Notes under the pieces: model-generated
Told to the model about the DNA's origin: nothing
Database searches by the model: none
What the model saw: the letters and a program-made list of their open reading frames with translations, nothing else
Made by a program: the position numbers and the translations under genes
Part shown: positions 20,601 to 29,732 of the stretch, piece by piece
Layout: each line of letters begins with the position of its first letter
Position numbering within the stretch: the stretch's first letter is position 1
Source of the DNA: a virus
Taxonomy: Duplodnaviria; Caudoviricetes
Reading direction: 5' to 3' (one strand)
DNA length: 64,000 bases
Virus record (IMG/VR): IMGVR_UViG_3300036770_007283

Positions 20601-22638
20601 TTGATTCAGTCTCCCGTTTACCTGCAAGCAATTCTATGATCATAGAAATTTTCTCATCCTCTTCTACGGAGGAAGGTGAACGTCCGCTAACTTGTAAAAT
20701 CTCATCTACTTTTTTAATGTATTCAAGATATGAATCATTAAGCCTAATTGCCTCCCTAAACTTATTTTTCAATTCTTTATTAAACTCATTAGGCACAGTA
20801 TTTTCTGGTTTAGAAGAGGTGTGATCCTTACTGTATTGTCCAATCCAGTAGGGATACTTCTCACCACTGAGGCCATCATTCTTAACAATTTCAAGGCATT
20901 GATTAGGAAAGTTAAGCCCGCTACTAATCCCGTATGAACTTAGTTTCTCATCAAACTTTTCCTGATTAGTAACTCTTTTACTTCTTTGAATTTCTCTATA
21001 CTCTTCCCTCGGCCCCTGGGTGTTAAAATCTTCTGGATTAAACTTTAGTTCTATAAAATATTGAGATTTTTCTCCGCCAGAATCTTTTATTCTAGAAAAT
21101 GCTTTATTATAGATCTTATCTTTTAATAATGAATAAACATCTTTAAAATCTCCAGCCAAAGAATCTAGCCATACTGGAACTTGTTTATTTGCACAACCCA
21201 AGATAAAAAAGATGGCTTCTAGCATCTTCTCTTTATTATCTTCAGACAGCGCAACTGTAATATTCTCAATAAGTGTTTTAACAATTGTCCGGGTGTCATC
21301 GCTATGTTGTGCTTTAAACTTTTCAATAAATGCACTTAATTTACTAAAATCCCCCGCAGGCTTCTTCCTTGTAGCCCTTCCTCTTCCAGATGGTCTACTC
21401 CCTGCTGTTTCTTGTCCACTTGGTTGAGGTATTGTCTTCTTTATTTTTTCAACCAAGGGAGCATTTCTATTTGTATTTAAAATAAATAATTCTTCTGGTG
21501 CAAGCCCAGCCGCTTCCCCCTTGGCTTCCTCATATTCTGAATTTATCTCTTCTGTATTAATCTGCTTATCCCTAAGCCTATCAATAATTTCTAAAAACCA
21601 ACCTGGTTTTTCTGGAGTGGTTGACATGGCAATAATCTTTGCTGCAAACTTCATTTTTTTAACAACAAAGCTTAATCTTTCTGATTCTATCTTTGAAGAA
21701 ATGCTGTTGCTAGCAATCTCTCGTATATCATCTGGCAAGCTAGAAATATCTTCACCACTAAGCACCTCGGAAATAAGATCCTCTAAATATCCATAGAGTT
21801 TATTGTCACCAACCTTTTCTTCAACGACAATGGTTTCTGGTACGGCCTGACTAGTTTGTCCTTTAAGTGGATTAAAAGTAAGGCTCTTGCCCTTGGTCCT
21901 TGCTTTATCAGCAGTTAGCGGCTGATCACCTGGCTTATCGGATTCAATTTTTCCATTGAAGTGAAGTTCTGATAGGGCATTTTTACACCAGGTAAGTGCC
22001 GATTCTGTTTCTTTTTTCAAGAACTTATTGCTAGATTCCGAGATGATTTTAATATGCTTCTTCATATCTTCCAAAATTTTACTTGCTTCTCCAAGAAGTC
22101 CATCTTCAAACTTCAAGGATTCATAAAACTCCAAGTCCCTTCCTCCAAGTGCGTTAGCCTGACCTACGTATTCTAAAGGTTCCTTTACTCCATATAGGTC
22201 TTTTAGTCCCGCAACCTGTGCAGCCCGATCTTTGCTTTTAGTTAAAAAGTCAATAACGTCTATATATTCAGGTTTTTTTTCTGGGGTTACAGCGGGTGAG
22301 ATTGGTGCAGGTGCTTGAGGTGTAGCCTTTGAAGCCCTGCTTGGTAATGCACCAAGCGCATCTCTTATAGAGGCTTCTGTTTTTTGACGTAAAGTTTCTT
22401 CACCAATAAAATCTTTTGAGATTGTTAAAAACGTACGAACCATAGGTGGGTCGTCTTCTAAGACTTCAGAAACAGCCTGTTCAATTGTTTTGTCAGAACC
22501 TAAATTATTTTTGATTTCAATAATGGCTTGAATATATTCTGATTTGTCCGATTCACTCAGCCTAGCAAATGCACTTGCTAGGGAACCTGAGTCTTTAAAT
22601 CCAATAACTTCTTCTGTTGCCATCTTGTAAAAATTCAT
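14611..22638 (-). CDS. giant (2675 aa) hypothetical protein with several Cys motifs
   Basis: uninterrupted 8-kb ORF; CPVC, CPF..C, C..H/C, CPFGH motifs. Confidence 0.8.
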   Translation of the reverse strand: MNFYKMATEEVIGFKDSGSLASAFARLSESDKSEYIQAIIEIKNNLGSDKTIEQAVSEVLEDDPPMVRTFLTISKDFIGEETLRQKTEASIRDALGALPSRASKATPQAPAPISPAVTPEKKPEYIDVIDFLTKSKDRAAQVAGLKDLYGVKEPLEYVGQANALGGRDLEFYESLKFEDGLLGEASKILEDMKKHIKIISESSNKFLKKETESALTWCKNALSELHFNGKIESDKPGDQPLTADKARTKGKSLTFNPLKGQTSQAVPETIVVEEKVGDNKLYGYLEDLISEVLSGEDISSLPDDIREIASNSISSKIESERLSFVVKKMKFAAKIIAMSTTPEKPGWFLEIIDRLRDKQINTEEINSEYEEAKGEAAGLAPEELFILNTNRNAPLVEKIKKTIPQPSGQETAGSRPSGRGRATRKKPAGDFSKLSAFIEKFKAQHSDDTRTIVKTLIENITVALSEDNKEKMLEAIFFILGCANKQVPVWLDSLAGDFKDVYSLLKDKIYNKAFSRIKDSGGEKSQYFIELKFNPEDFNTQGPREEYREIQRSKRVTNQEKFDEKLSSYGISSGLNFPNQCLEIVKNDGLSGEKYPYWIGQYSKDHTSSKPENTVPNEFNKELKNKFREAIRLNDSYLEYIKKVDEILQVSGRSPSSVEEDEKISMIIELLAGKRETESIPQWLKNFAEMGLYKVDMVQQFNLMRDKLNLPQIASKTTEEDDITSRIGLLDIKKELENNPRLNNAIQNFNNAYIRTEPIGIIQENISNMVFSFGQEISSINQELVAALQGRSSFKTLAYNIDLYSYQRRVNNLVFKIKTLDLEAYSILLELRKKSSDPSLDKLIIEFKNSCVSRKIFEDNSIAKNFQNVALLLASYNTWVLTQADDSGEDNDKLVRLSNLPGRTIVNKKNLEFFLGSFKNSAFSYLNAKNESFFNLDNPSGSNNYLDSVKLNDLILKRNSIRAIANKDETITKKKCPVCFAWVETANRMKKKEDYAGVEGIKVPLFSIFDKKTGNLVDLNLLNKEEGWPVLNESFYDRERERNKVRNYTGNKTWSEINTLLQSNNSELQEEGWHRRAGALFAVGAEKLSGPIFIRDRFVECPFDSEGTSGSFCGAKVEPNSSTYLSDNVGVSFGWSGVEHPTDAKKRINNFTEASKNVIIPGSEAWSNERSAAQIELAKSFLRGGFKFSKTNFACTAHIENVTNLTEYKHPKMAFSKLGPAGTESFIKPTNPDGTLKDLEPGTITFRVCGAPTSLSSFVKDDNSEFFILKTLEVISQDEGQYTELFNELVSNGLDFQDAMTLHQDFVNFKAAKDSELELAKTSFNKIRIQKIKEMLLKTAAGQIAQGSILQSLNLKCPFGHIFNVGHSLKFGEGNAAYETNDSNNILLTQKSGKQNSQEVLNQGWLALADTTALMEKFPMENRLLYSEWVSKDPRERTVFPNVKNNQVKYLLKFFIDDTNQPYIFIKYPPGSLASIWPSGFSYEHPSTHEEYTYFATEASAATLSIDGGEEQDEDGGGGRGDITMRKALESAESMGSMGSPDDYGGGDIFGAAPSGEGDREETGRLDVYAKAAQKLQESNVAVPGTKSTIKSTSPVTGPIYFEKLENFSKVMSAVIHVFEAYSRSALSTNLLDELIEGFSVNSSIPDEIKISLKQTLRRAFDGKVFKFKEGMPQKSKVDFYNQFFGNKIIEEIEKITGEIGIWIKQNIFDISSFTFDESMSKLILTTAIKKAIIAVNEVIQNIDSVTNDEGDPNRSWVTFLEQISIQEIESSNVLQEATSLLLTTLNLDKNKFTKFLQGTHDKAKALPAIKTARQNNAILSVVYVINIIKKLNEIISKYFGYDEESNYYCGISIPDDYVNDILTVLSGDKTSQEIETLVKESLENIKGELELAINELRNQHNELINEKKKDNSKLRKLTNKYRKYCTNLDMAYFELSKSISPPTETTNNIVDVINTEIFDTDNLLAAKEYILGRLRAMNSEAPQSALVSTALNTVNSIMPVTTLNFIPGEYSETVFGWDWIPFVDRENPSSILDYLKQEERFTVYGSEGKYQIFEDRRSAIDYHLNNELGVTSVGWSKLIEHYMKLDDSSEEKDVAAHKNNIFECLMAISQNPSHQKKLILALGLEEDEDNNLLDFAIKKLLADENIIFTEAFKEKVFELFEKGGEESFSELINYMNTSDNAEIKRYHDIILDDLSTKLKGLIDSIFKTKIDNFIGLYNQLDTNSEDLNYLKFINDNFTAEGLKYKFKKLNFYTNKESPDSPMTGLNTSRHQIGTRTPRASTQIAWPPTRSETTWNWVGFNIPLDVQKKETNLGDSKGVILTGRRIVVNFEDKPLDISILIRIGRSSGEQSLYSYSVADLEDLIIEHSEQLEEMLQRDKKAAETDLYKEIKSELDKTVSFIKNMPASIISGESFFKKEDPKIKYPHVRVTLEDPITCYKIIKNPIIRGAELDDDEKQRLLRFIVSVFGLDELAGIFSEIPSVKEKRSSTGLTVEDLFEKMVPRSEAEGGVPEGKFYIQNTVNSIFAERTPPELSSVSDRLKKWFRSPGKYFDIIQNDDNDAGTVIRYVNPAGSGGRIANINDFANAGRSTSPTKPGSLLKTVGTFYTTMGKNLRAYIDYIIATLDDEDNENEANDFLGYSEDFNKVNLRKKELLCMIISLGLPGLEDVRINPNFL

Positions 22639-22654
22639 TTATTCACCCTGTTTT

Positions 22655-24019
22655 CTATTTTAGTAACTTAAAGTCTTCTTTTATTTCTGATATTTTAGAG
22701 TTGATTATACTAAAAATTTCTGAAAGTCCCTCTTCCTCGGATCTAGTTTTTGCGGATAGGATTCTAGAATTAGGCGAAATATTAATAAAATCTGTTTTGT
22801 GGTTATTTATCTTTTGTATTATTTCTTGATTATTCAAATCTATTTCTTTATCCAAAGAAAGATTTAGACCAACCAAATCAAACAAAAGTTTTCTATCTAA
22901 ATTATTTTTGGTTAAAGATAACAGCTTCCAGAACGGATACATTAAAATAGATTTATAATAGATTTTTTTCTTACCCAACATTGCTTTGGTGTTGGAGAAG
23001 GAATTATCAAAAAGATAACTAATATCTCTTCCATCAACTTGAATATCCTTATAAAGCAAGGTCATCTTTTCGTTACCCTCTCTTGGTATAGGTAATAAGA
23101 TTCCAAAAACTTTATTTTGTATCATCCTTTCTTCATCTTTATGAGGGCTAATTACTATTGTTTTTTTAGAATCAAAAAGTAAGTTACCTAATAATGGCCT
23201 GGATAGGAGTATTCCAGAATCATGGGCTGGTGAAGGAAACTTTCTCCTATTAAATTTTGAAAAATCTAAAACATTCTGCAATGGATGAAGCTTATTAAGA
23301 TAATAATTCTCGCCCATAGTTCCCTTTGTTAAGGATGGTAGTATATCTAAGGACTCATTATAATAAGAAAAAATTTCTTCATGAAGCTTTTCAATAAGAA
23401 GATCCAAATCAGATTCTTTTAATCCTTCTAGGCTTTGAATAGTTGATAATTTTCTCTCAAGCACTTTGCCGATACAATATAATGTGGTTTGGATCCTTGC
23501 TCGTTTTTTTGCAAGGGTCACCGGTTCTATCTCCATTAGACTATGAAGATTTTTCTTATCTAAGATTTTCTTTTCTACTTCAAAGCTGGTTCCGTTCTTT
23601 ACCGCTTGTTTTTTTGCTAAATCATGATAAATTTCATAATTTTGCACGGGATTAACTTCTTGTATTTTGGTGGTGGTATAGTCCAAGACTATTTTTTTTA
23701 GATACTCAACCTTAGACCCGATCCTAGAAGCTATTTCAGCCTTATCATTTTCTAGATGATAAGGCTGAGGAATATTATAAGTTTCATAAAATTGTTTTCT
23801 CGAAGTGCGATAAATAAGTATGGCTGCAGCAACATCTGCAGCATCTTCAAAATTCATATCTTCTAATGGTAAGTTAACAAACTCTCTTTCGATATCCAAA
23901 ATTCTTTTGTGAGAATTGTTGGGTGATTTATGTTTTTCTAAGATTGATATTTTATAAAAAGATATATTCTTTTCATTCTCTATATATCTTAGTACTTCAC
24001 CCCTGGCCTCTTTCAACAT
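22655..24019 (-). CDS. hypothetical protein
   Basis: 454-aa ORF overlapping the sigma gene. Confidence 0.7.
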   Translation of the reverse strand: MLKEARGEVLRYIENEKNISFYKISILEKHKSPNNSHKRILDIEREFVNLPLEDMNFEDAADVAAAILIYRTSRKQFYETYNIPQPYHLENDKAEIASRIGSKVEYLKKIVLDYTTTKIQEVNPVQNYEIYHDLAKKQAVKNGTSFEVEKKILDKKNLHSLMEIEPVTLAKKRARIQTTLYCIGKVLERKLSTIQSLEGLKESDLDLLIEKLHEEIFSYYNESLDILPSLTKGTMGENYYLNKLHPLQNVLDFSKFNRRKFPSPAHDSGILLSRPLLGNLLFDSKKTIVISPHKDEERMIQNKVFGILLPIPREGNEKMTLLYKDIQVDGRDISYLFDNSFSNTKAMLGKKKIYYKSILMYPFWKLLSLTKNNLDRKLLFDLVGLNLSLDKEIDLNNQEIIQKINNHKTDFINISPNSRILSAKTRSEEEGLSEIFSIINSKISEIKEDFKLLK

Positions 24020-24767
24020 CTAAATACTCCGGTTCAGATTCTTCATTGCCAAATTTCTCTGTTCCATCATCCACACCAAAGATTGTCCGAAAGGATCTTT
24101 TGTTTGCCAGCTTTTTCAACCGCATAGAAGCTGCCCATCCAGATAATCCAACCTCATCCGCGGCGTCCTTAATCGAATAATCCTTAAAATAAACAAGCTC
24201 AATAATCTTGCGAGTTTTATAATCTAGTTTTGCACAAATTTTCTTAATAGAAGATTCAAATTCTGATTTATCATATCTAGTTTTAAAAACTGCACTATCT
24301 GAGCCAGGGGTGCCTTCTTCTGCAATAGTATTTTCAAAAAGGACAGAATCTGCTTCACCCTGACCTTGTGACTTATTGGCTTGAAATTGGCTAAAATTAA
24401 TTTCTTCTCTAATTCTTTTTATCTTGGCTGTACCTTCATCTTTTGCTTGAAGCGCGAAGGCATCATTAGACATCTTATTTTCACTACGCAAAAAAGAAAT
24501 CTTCTTATTATGAATATGCTTGTGCAAGAAGGTACTCAGCTTTACATCCCGGTGTGGATCGAATGCTTTAATCCCTTCAATTGCAATTATAGATAATTCG
24601 CTTTTTGCATCTTCAAATTTAAAACCAGGAATATACATGGTAGACGCATACTTGTTAAGTAAGGGATCAATCTTTGCTAGAATCTTGTCAAAGCCTTCAC
24701 CTGTATTCGTATCTACATAGAAGGTATCATCATAAACATCAACATATGCTCGATATCCTCTTTCCAT
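23997..24767 (-). CDS. sigma70-family RNA polymerase sigma factor
   Basis: FEDAKSELSIIAIEGIKAFDP...KLSTFLHKHIHNK (region 2); RKIIELVYFKDYSIKDAADEVGLS (region 4 HTH). Confidence 0.85.
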   Translation of the reverse strand: MERGYRAYVDVYDDTFYVDTNTGEGFDKILAKIDPLLNKYASTMYIPGFKFEDAKSELSIIAIEGIKAFDPHRDVKLSTFLHKHIHNKKISFLRSENKMSNDAFALQAKDEGTAKIKRIREEINFSQFQANKSQGQGEADSVLFENTIAEEGTPGSDSAVFKTRYDKSEFESSIKKICAKLDYKTRKIIELVYFKDYSIKDAADEVGLSGWAASMRLKKLANKRSFRTIFGVDDGTEKFGNEESEPEYLDVERGQG

Positions 24768-24777
24768 TCAGCCTCCA

Positions 24778-25509
24778 TTAAACATCCCAACTGTTTTGAC
24801 ACAAACTCTGATAATCACACCAATTACACAATATAGATGGTTTCTTCTCCCATTCAATATTGGTATCAATAGATTTACCAACACTTAAAACTTTTTTTAC
24901 GGTATTCTCATAATCTTTTTCGGCAAATTCATAGTCCAACGTGTCACACTTGTGCTTCAATAAAACATAAGCACCACTAATTTTTTCAGCATCAGGATAA
25001 ATTTCCTTTATTGCTAAAGCATATAATAACAATTGAAAATTAGATAAATATTTTGGATTTTTATTGGTTTTGTAATCTACAACCTTATATTCGCCAGGTC
25101 CAACTTTATCGATCCTGTCAATAAAACCACGAACTGTATATTCGCCAATTTTAAAATCAAAGTTTAACTCATTAGCAATAACTTGTGGTAATCCTGTTGC
25201 ATTAATCTTGTCAAGATATGACTTTAAGACTTCTTTAAGCTCAGGTAGTTCTGGTTTTAAAATATCCATATCAAATTCTGACAAGGCCAACTTAAAACAA
25301 TCCCTCATAATTGTAGGGTACTCCGTTGGGCCTCTTACGTTTTCACATAAGTCTTTATGGAATAACTCTAAAACACGATGGGCGCATTTTCCAAACTCAA
25401 GATGGCTCCAATCTTGTTCAGCCACCTCTGGCTTTTCAATATATTGATAGTGGTATTTTTTGGGGCACTTTTCGTAAGTACCGATTGAAGATGCGGAAAG
25501 TTTTATCAT
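24778..25509 (-). CDS. PD-(D/E)XK exonuclease (RecB/Cas4-like)
   Basis: SASSIGTYEKCP, GFIDRID, VVDYKT, QLLLY, CNWC...C. Confidence 0.85.
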   Translation of the reverse strand: MIKLSASSIGTYEKCPKKYHYQYIEKPEVAEQDWSHLEFGKCAHRVLELFHKDLCENVRGPTEYPTIMRDCFKLALSEFDMDILKPELPELKEVLKSYLDKINATGLPQVIANELNFDFKIGEYTVRGFIDRIDKVGPGEYKVVDYKTNKNPKYLSNFQLLLYALAIKEIYPDAEKISGAYVLLKHKCDTLDYEFAEKDYENTVKKVLSVGKSIDTNIEWEKKPSILCNWCDYQSLCQNSWDV

Positions 25510-25517
25510 TATAGCCC

Positions 25518-26396
25518 CTAATAAATTTTGGATTGTGTTCTATGTTCAATCCATCTAAATACAAAGCTGTTGGGTGGGCCAGCGGTAGCAGTTAGGTTTA
25601 AGCCCTTACCCTCTATCTTCTGCGTTGATCTAATCCAGCGATTATCCCTACTATCTCTATAATAAAAACTAATTTGACCAGTCGCCGGATTAATCATGTG
25701 CCTAACATAGTTAGATGTATTTAATTGGTTAATTTGTATATTTTGAAATTGAAATGGACTGACTGAATCCATTGTACCATGCGGTCGATTGATTATCTTT
25801 ACAACCTGATTTTCTTGCGATTCCTTGGTTGTTCCATCAATTATAATATAAAAAGCCTTGGGATCAAAATTTATATTGTTATTTGGAGTTGATATAGGCG
25901 GCTTTTGTGATGGGAACTTCTTAATCTCAAAGTTAACAAAGTCAAGTGTGGTATCGCCAGGAATATCTTCACCACGATTATTGGTAGTAGAACCCTTTAA
26001 GTCTAAGTCTTGAAAGGGAATCGAACTGGCTTGTGCGATATTACCATTGGCATCATAAGATAAGTGATCTACCGGAACACTATCTGGCGGAAGTAAATTG
26101 ATACCTTCTTGTTCCGTTAACCTAGTTCTGTCTAAAGCTGTTTGATCGGTAAACCAAGTCCGCTCCAAGATAGAAGTGTATTCTATACCTGATTTTGCAA
26201 ATGCCTTCAAAACAGTTGTTTTGCCCGTAGTTGGTAGCACAATTTTATCAACATAAATTGTAGAATCCTCTGTGGGGATTGAACCATCTAATGTATAAAA
26301 AATTGTTGCTGGCTTGTTAGCAGATAAATATACAAACTCTGGAAAGCCAGCAATCACCTGATCTTCACTTTCTTCTAAAAAAAGAACTATGGCCAT
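25518..26396 (-). CDS. FN3/chitobiase-C-like domain protein, probably structural
   Basis: TIFYTLDGSIPTEDSTIY motif. Confidence 0.6.
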   Translation of the reverse strand: MAIVLFLEESEDQVIAGFPEFVYLSANKPATIFYTLDGSIPTEDSTIYVDKIVLPTTGKTTVLKAFAKSGIEYTSILERTWFTDQTALDRTRLTEQEGINLLPPDSVPVDHLSYDANGNIAQASSIPFQDLDLKGSTTNNRGEDIPGDTTLDFVNFEIKKFPSQKPPISTPNNNINFDPKAFYIIIDGTTKESQENQVVKIINRPHGTMDSVSPFQFQNIQINQLNTSNYVRHMINPATGQISFYYRDSRDNRWIRSTQKIEGKGLNLTATAGPPNSFVFRWIEHRTQSKIY

Positions 26397-26453
26397 ATCT
26401 CCCCCTGTTTTGATATAACAAACAATATAATTATTAGATTTATACTTGCAATA

Positions 26454-28559
26454 TCAGAGGGCGATATAATTAATGGAACTTTCGCCATTAACTTTTGTAA
26501 TATCTAAAATATTATTAAATCTTTCTTTTAAAGAATCGTTGTGTGTGATTACTAGAATCTTATACTTCTTTTCAAGTGCCTTAATCACATTTACAAAGAG
26601 TGACTCAGTACCCTGACGATCCAAAGGTGAGTTGATTTCGTCTAACAACAAGAACTCTAAGGAAGATCCTCCATGCCTACTTGAAATCTCACTCAAAGCG
26701 ATTCTAAGTGCCAATGAAATTCTAAACTTCTCCCCACCACTTAATGACTTAAAGTTTTGAACCACGCCTTCTTTTTTAACCCGTAGATCCAAAGTATCTA
26801 CAACAGAAACACCATCCGAACCAACCCGCTGTGTATCTAGGAAAATCTGGAATGGCTCATTGCAAATAGAGTTTAGAATTTCATTAGAAGTCTTTTCCAA
26901 GTCTTCAATTAATGCATTCAATAAAATAGTTTGAATTCCATTTTTCCCAAGCAACTTTACCATCTTTTCTAAGGTCGAAATTGATTTTTGTTTTTCTAGG
27001 AACTTCTTCTTAGTTTCTTCGCCTTCAGAGATTTTATTGCCAACATTAGAAATCTTTTCAGTTAAAACACCAATGTTGTGATTGTTCTTCTCAATAGACT
27101 TACTTAGTTCAGCCTTCTCCTCTTTTTTGTTCGCAATATTTTTCTGTAATTCTTTAAAGCTATCATCCTTTAAAGATTCTAAAATAGACTCATTGGCGGA
27201 AATTTCAGCAGTTAACTTTAACAACTCTTTTTCTAAATGTGAATTGTCAGTAGTTAATTCCAAAACTCTTTCTTCTGAAATCTTAGACTCAGCCTCCAAG
27301 GTCTTGATCTTAGATAAGTATACTTCCTTCTTTCTCTTGTTATTTTTTGCAACTTCTAAGTTTAGAATTTTTTCTTCAACTTCTTTGACCTTATTCTGAC
27401 AATAGATAAAGGTTGACTTATATTCATCTAGTTGCTTTTTCTGCTCATTAAGAAGGTGGTTGTATAATTCGTCATGAATAGCCTGTGAGCAAACATAGCA
27501 AGAATCTTTGGCAATCTTTCTTTCAGCGACGGCTTTCCCAAGTTGCTTAGAAATCTCCATCTTTGCCTTGTATTCAATTGCCTCTTGCGATAGGGCAGTC
27601 AGCCTTTCTTCTGCGTCTTCTATGATTATAAGCCCGTCAATCTTACTATTAAACTCTTTTGCCTCCTCCGCTTTGGTGGCTAAATTATCCTGATGCTTTT
27701 TTAGATTATCTTGGTTAGATTTAAATAGTCGATTTGCCTTGTCATAATCTTTTCTGATGCCCTCTAAAAGAGCTACCGTCTGGTCCCATTTTGCTGTATC
27801 TAGACTGGACTTTAGCTCCTGGTATCTTGTATTTAAGCTTTGCAAGACATGATCTAATTCGTCACGCGACTTAAGCTGTGCCTCTAGATTGGAAGATTCA
27901 TTATTTAAAAGTAAATTCAAAGATTCTAATTCTACAACGTTTTTATCATAATCCTCTATCTTAGATTCTAAAAGCTTTGACTCTGCCCTTAACTCTTTGA
28001 GAGAAAACTTGATTTTTTCCTCATACTCATCCCACTTAGAGATATCCATAATAGATTTTAAAATCTCTTTTTTTCTGGAAGCATCGGTTTCTGTAAACTC
28101 AGAAATGTCATTCTGACGGAAATAAGCCGAATTTATAAAAGTCTTATAATCGAACTTAATAGCTTTTACAATTTCATCATTGGTTAAGCTGGGTGTAGAA
28201 CCAGATATATCTACCCAATTATTATTAGCGTCTTGCTTTAAGAATTCAACGTTAGAAGTTGAACCAGAACGCTGACGCTTCCTTACTACACGATAAGTTT
28301 CACCACCATGTTTGAAAGTAAAGGTAACCCTGCAATTACTCTCACCCCAAAAAATTACATCATCCATAGAGGCAACTCTAGCTTTATTAAACAAACACCA
28401 TAAGATAGATTCAAAAACTGCGCTCTTACCAGAGCCATTGGAAATGTCATAATTACCTTCTACGTTTCCAATTAATAAGGCAGAATCAAATTGTGAAAAA
28501 TCAACGGTGCTGTCTCTGTGAGAAAAAAAGTTTTTAATCTCTAAACTAACTGGAACCAT
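26454..28559 (-). CDS. sbcC: SbcC/Rad50-like SMC ATPase
   Basis: NGSGKS Walker A, CYVC hook, LSGGE signature, LLLDE Walker B. Confidence 0.92.
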   Translation of the reverse strand: MVPVSLEIKNFFSHRDSTVDFSQFDSALLIGNVEGNYDISNGSGKSAVFESILWCLFNKARVASMDDVIFWGESNCRVTFTFKHGGETYRVVRKRQRSGSTSNVEFLKQDANNNWVDISGSTPSLTNDEIVKAIKFDYKTFINSAYFRQNDISEFTETDASRKKEILKSIMDISKWDEYEEKIKFSLKELRAESKLLESKIEDYDKNVVELESLNLLLNNESSNLEAQLKSRDELDHVLQSLNTRYQELKSSLDTAKWDQTVALLEGIRKDYDKANRLFKSNQDNLKKHQDNLATKAEEAKEFNSKIDGLIIIEDAEERLTALSQEAIEYKAKMEISKQLGKAVAERKIAKDSCYVCSQAIHDELYNHLLNEQKKQLDEYKSTFIYCQNKVKEVEEKILNLEVAKNNKRKKEVYLSKIKTLEAESKISEERVLELTTDNSHLEKELLKLTAEISANESILESLKDDSFKELQKNIANKKEEKAELSKSIEKNNHNIGVLTEKISNVGNKISEGEETKKKFLEKQKSISTLEKMVKLLGKNGIQTILLNALIEDLEKTSNEILNSICNEPFQIFLDTQRVGSDGVSVVDTLDLRVKKEGVVQNFKSLSGGEKFRISLALRIALSEISSRHGGSSLEFLLLDEINSPLDRQGTESLFVNVIKALEKKYKILVITHNDSLKERFNNILDITKVNGESSINYIAL

Positions 28560-28568
28560 TGCAAACTC

Positions 28569-29732
28569 CTAAATCATAATCTTTTTGGCTTCAATTAAAA
28601 TCAGATTTTTTTCAGAAGGCTCTATGCTAGATTGATCATTTAAAAAAGCCTCAAACATAGTGTAATCATCTTTATGCTTGAGAATTGCTTCATCCCTTAC
28701 CATCCTGTTGAAAATAGGCTCTATGATAATTTTAGAGACATAGAAACAATCAAAGCTATAAGCTATTTTTTCTAATTCACTTTTCTTAATAAAAGAAGTC
28801 ATATTTTCTTTTATAATAACTTTTATCCTAATAATCTTATCTTTTATCTCATACTCTGAAACCTTTTTCTTAAAAACATCTAAGAAATTAACATGATCAG
28901 AGTCTTCCATATTTACAGATACTTCTAACAGTTGTCTAGATGGGCACTTTAAAACTTTAGTTTTTTTAGTGTTGGTATCATAATCAAAAAAGAACTTATC
29001 AATGTTTTCATCACCAAAGTTTAACTTTTCCATAGAGCCGGTATAAAGGGCAATCGGCTCTTTTCTTTTGATAATTTTAAACTGATGATAATGCCCCATA
29101 GCAACAAGATCACAACCAGAAAAAGCTTCTGGTCTAGCCAGCACTTCGGCACCACCATAATCTTGATAACTTCCGGTATGGAAAAAGTTATGACCAATTG
29201 CAATCCTTGGATTATCATCGCACTGGTCAATGAGTGCCTTAATTTCCTTTTCAAAAAGGATAGAATCTTCTTCTGTATTCTTGCCAAGATACATTCTTCT
29301 ATCACGGTATGGAATTAAAATCAGATTGGCCCCATCCTTACTTCTACTGTGAAACTTAATAACCTCAGGATTTAAGACCAATCTAACATTAGGATAATCT
29401 TTGGCTGCCAAGGATGAAATTGAGCTAGTAAAAGTATCACCCACTTTTCTATAATCATGGTTTCCCATAATAATTATAGAAGTGATATTTGCCATAGATA
29501 ATTTCTTAATCGCTTGATTTAGAACGTTCATATGCTCAGGTGCTGGTGTCCTTGAATCAAAGGCATCGCCAGTTTGCACAAAGGCATCCGCACCATTATT
29601 AATAGCATAATCTACAATATAATTAAGCGTTCTTTCATAATCTTCGATACGGGTATTCCCACCAGTCTTGGTAGAACGTCCTAAACCAAAAACTGCGCCA
29701 ATATGCGTATCACCACAAATAATAACTTTCAT
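28569..29732 (-). CDS. sbcD: SbcD/Mre11-like nuclease
   Basis: GDTHIG, QTGDAFD, GNHD, GHYH metallophosphoesterase motifs. Confidence 0.92.
   Translation of the reverse strand: MKVIICGDTHIGAVFGLGRSTKTGGNTRIEDYERTLNYIVDYAINNGADAFVQTGDAFDSRTPAPEHMNVLNQAIKKLSMANITSIIIMGNHDYRKVGDTFTSSISSLAAKDYPNVRLVLNPEVIKFHSRSKDGANLILIPYRDRRMYLGKNTEEDSILFEKEIKALIDQCDDNPRIAIGHNFFHTGSYQDYGGAEVLARPEAFSGCDLVAMGHYHQFKIIKRKEPIALYTGSMEKLNFGDENIDKFFFDYDTNTKKTKVLKCPSRQLLEVSVNMEDSDHVNFLDVFKKKVSEYEIKDKIIRIKVIIKENMTSFIKKSELEKIAYSFDCFYVSKIIIEPIFNRMVRDEAILKHKDDYTMFEAFLNDQSSIEPSEKNLILIEAKKIMI

Noticed and set aside
24778-25509. Cas4/CRISPR locus
   Set aside because: No repeat-spacer array or other cas genes; stand-alone PD-(D/E)XK nucleases are common in phages.
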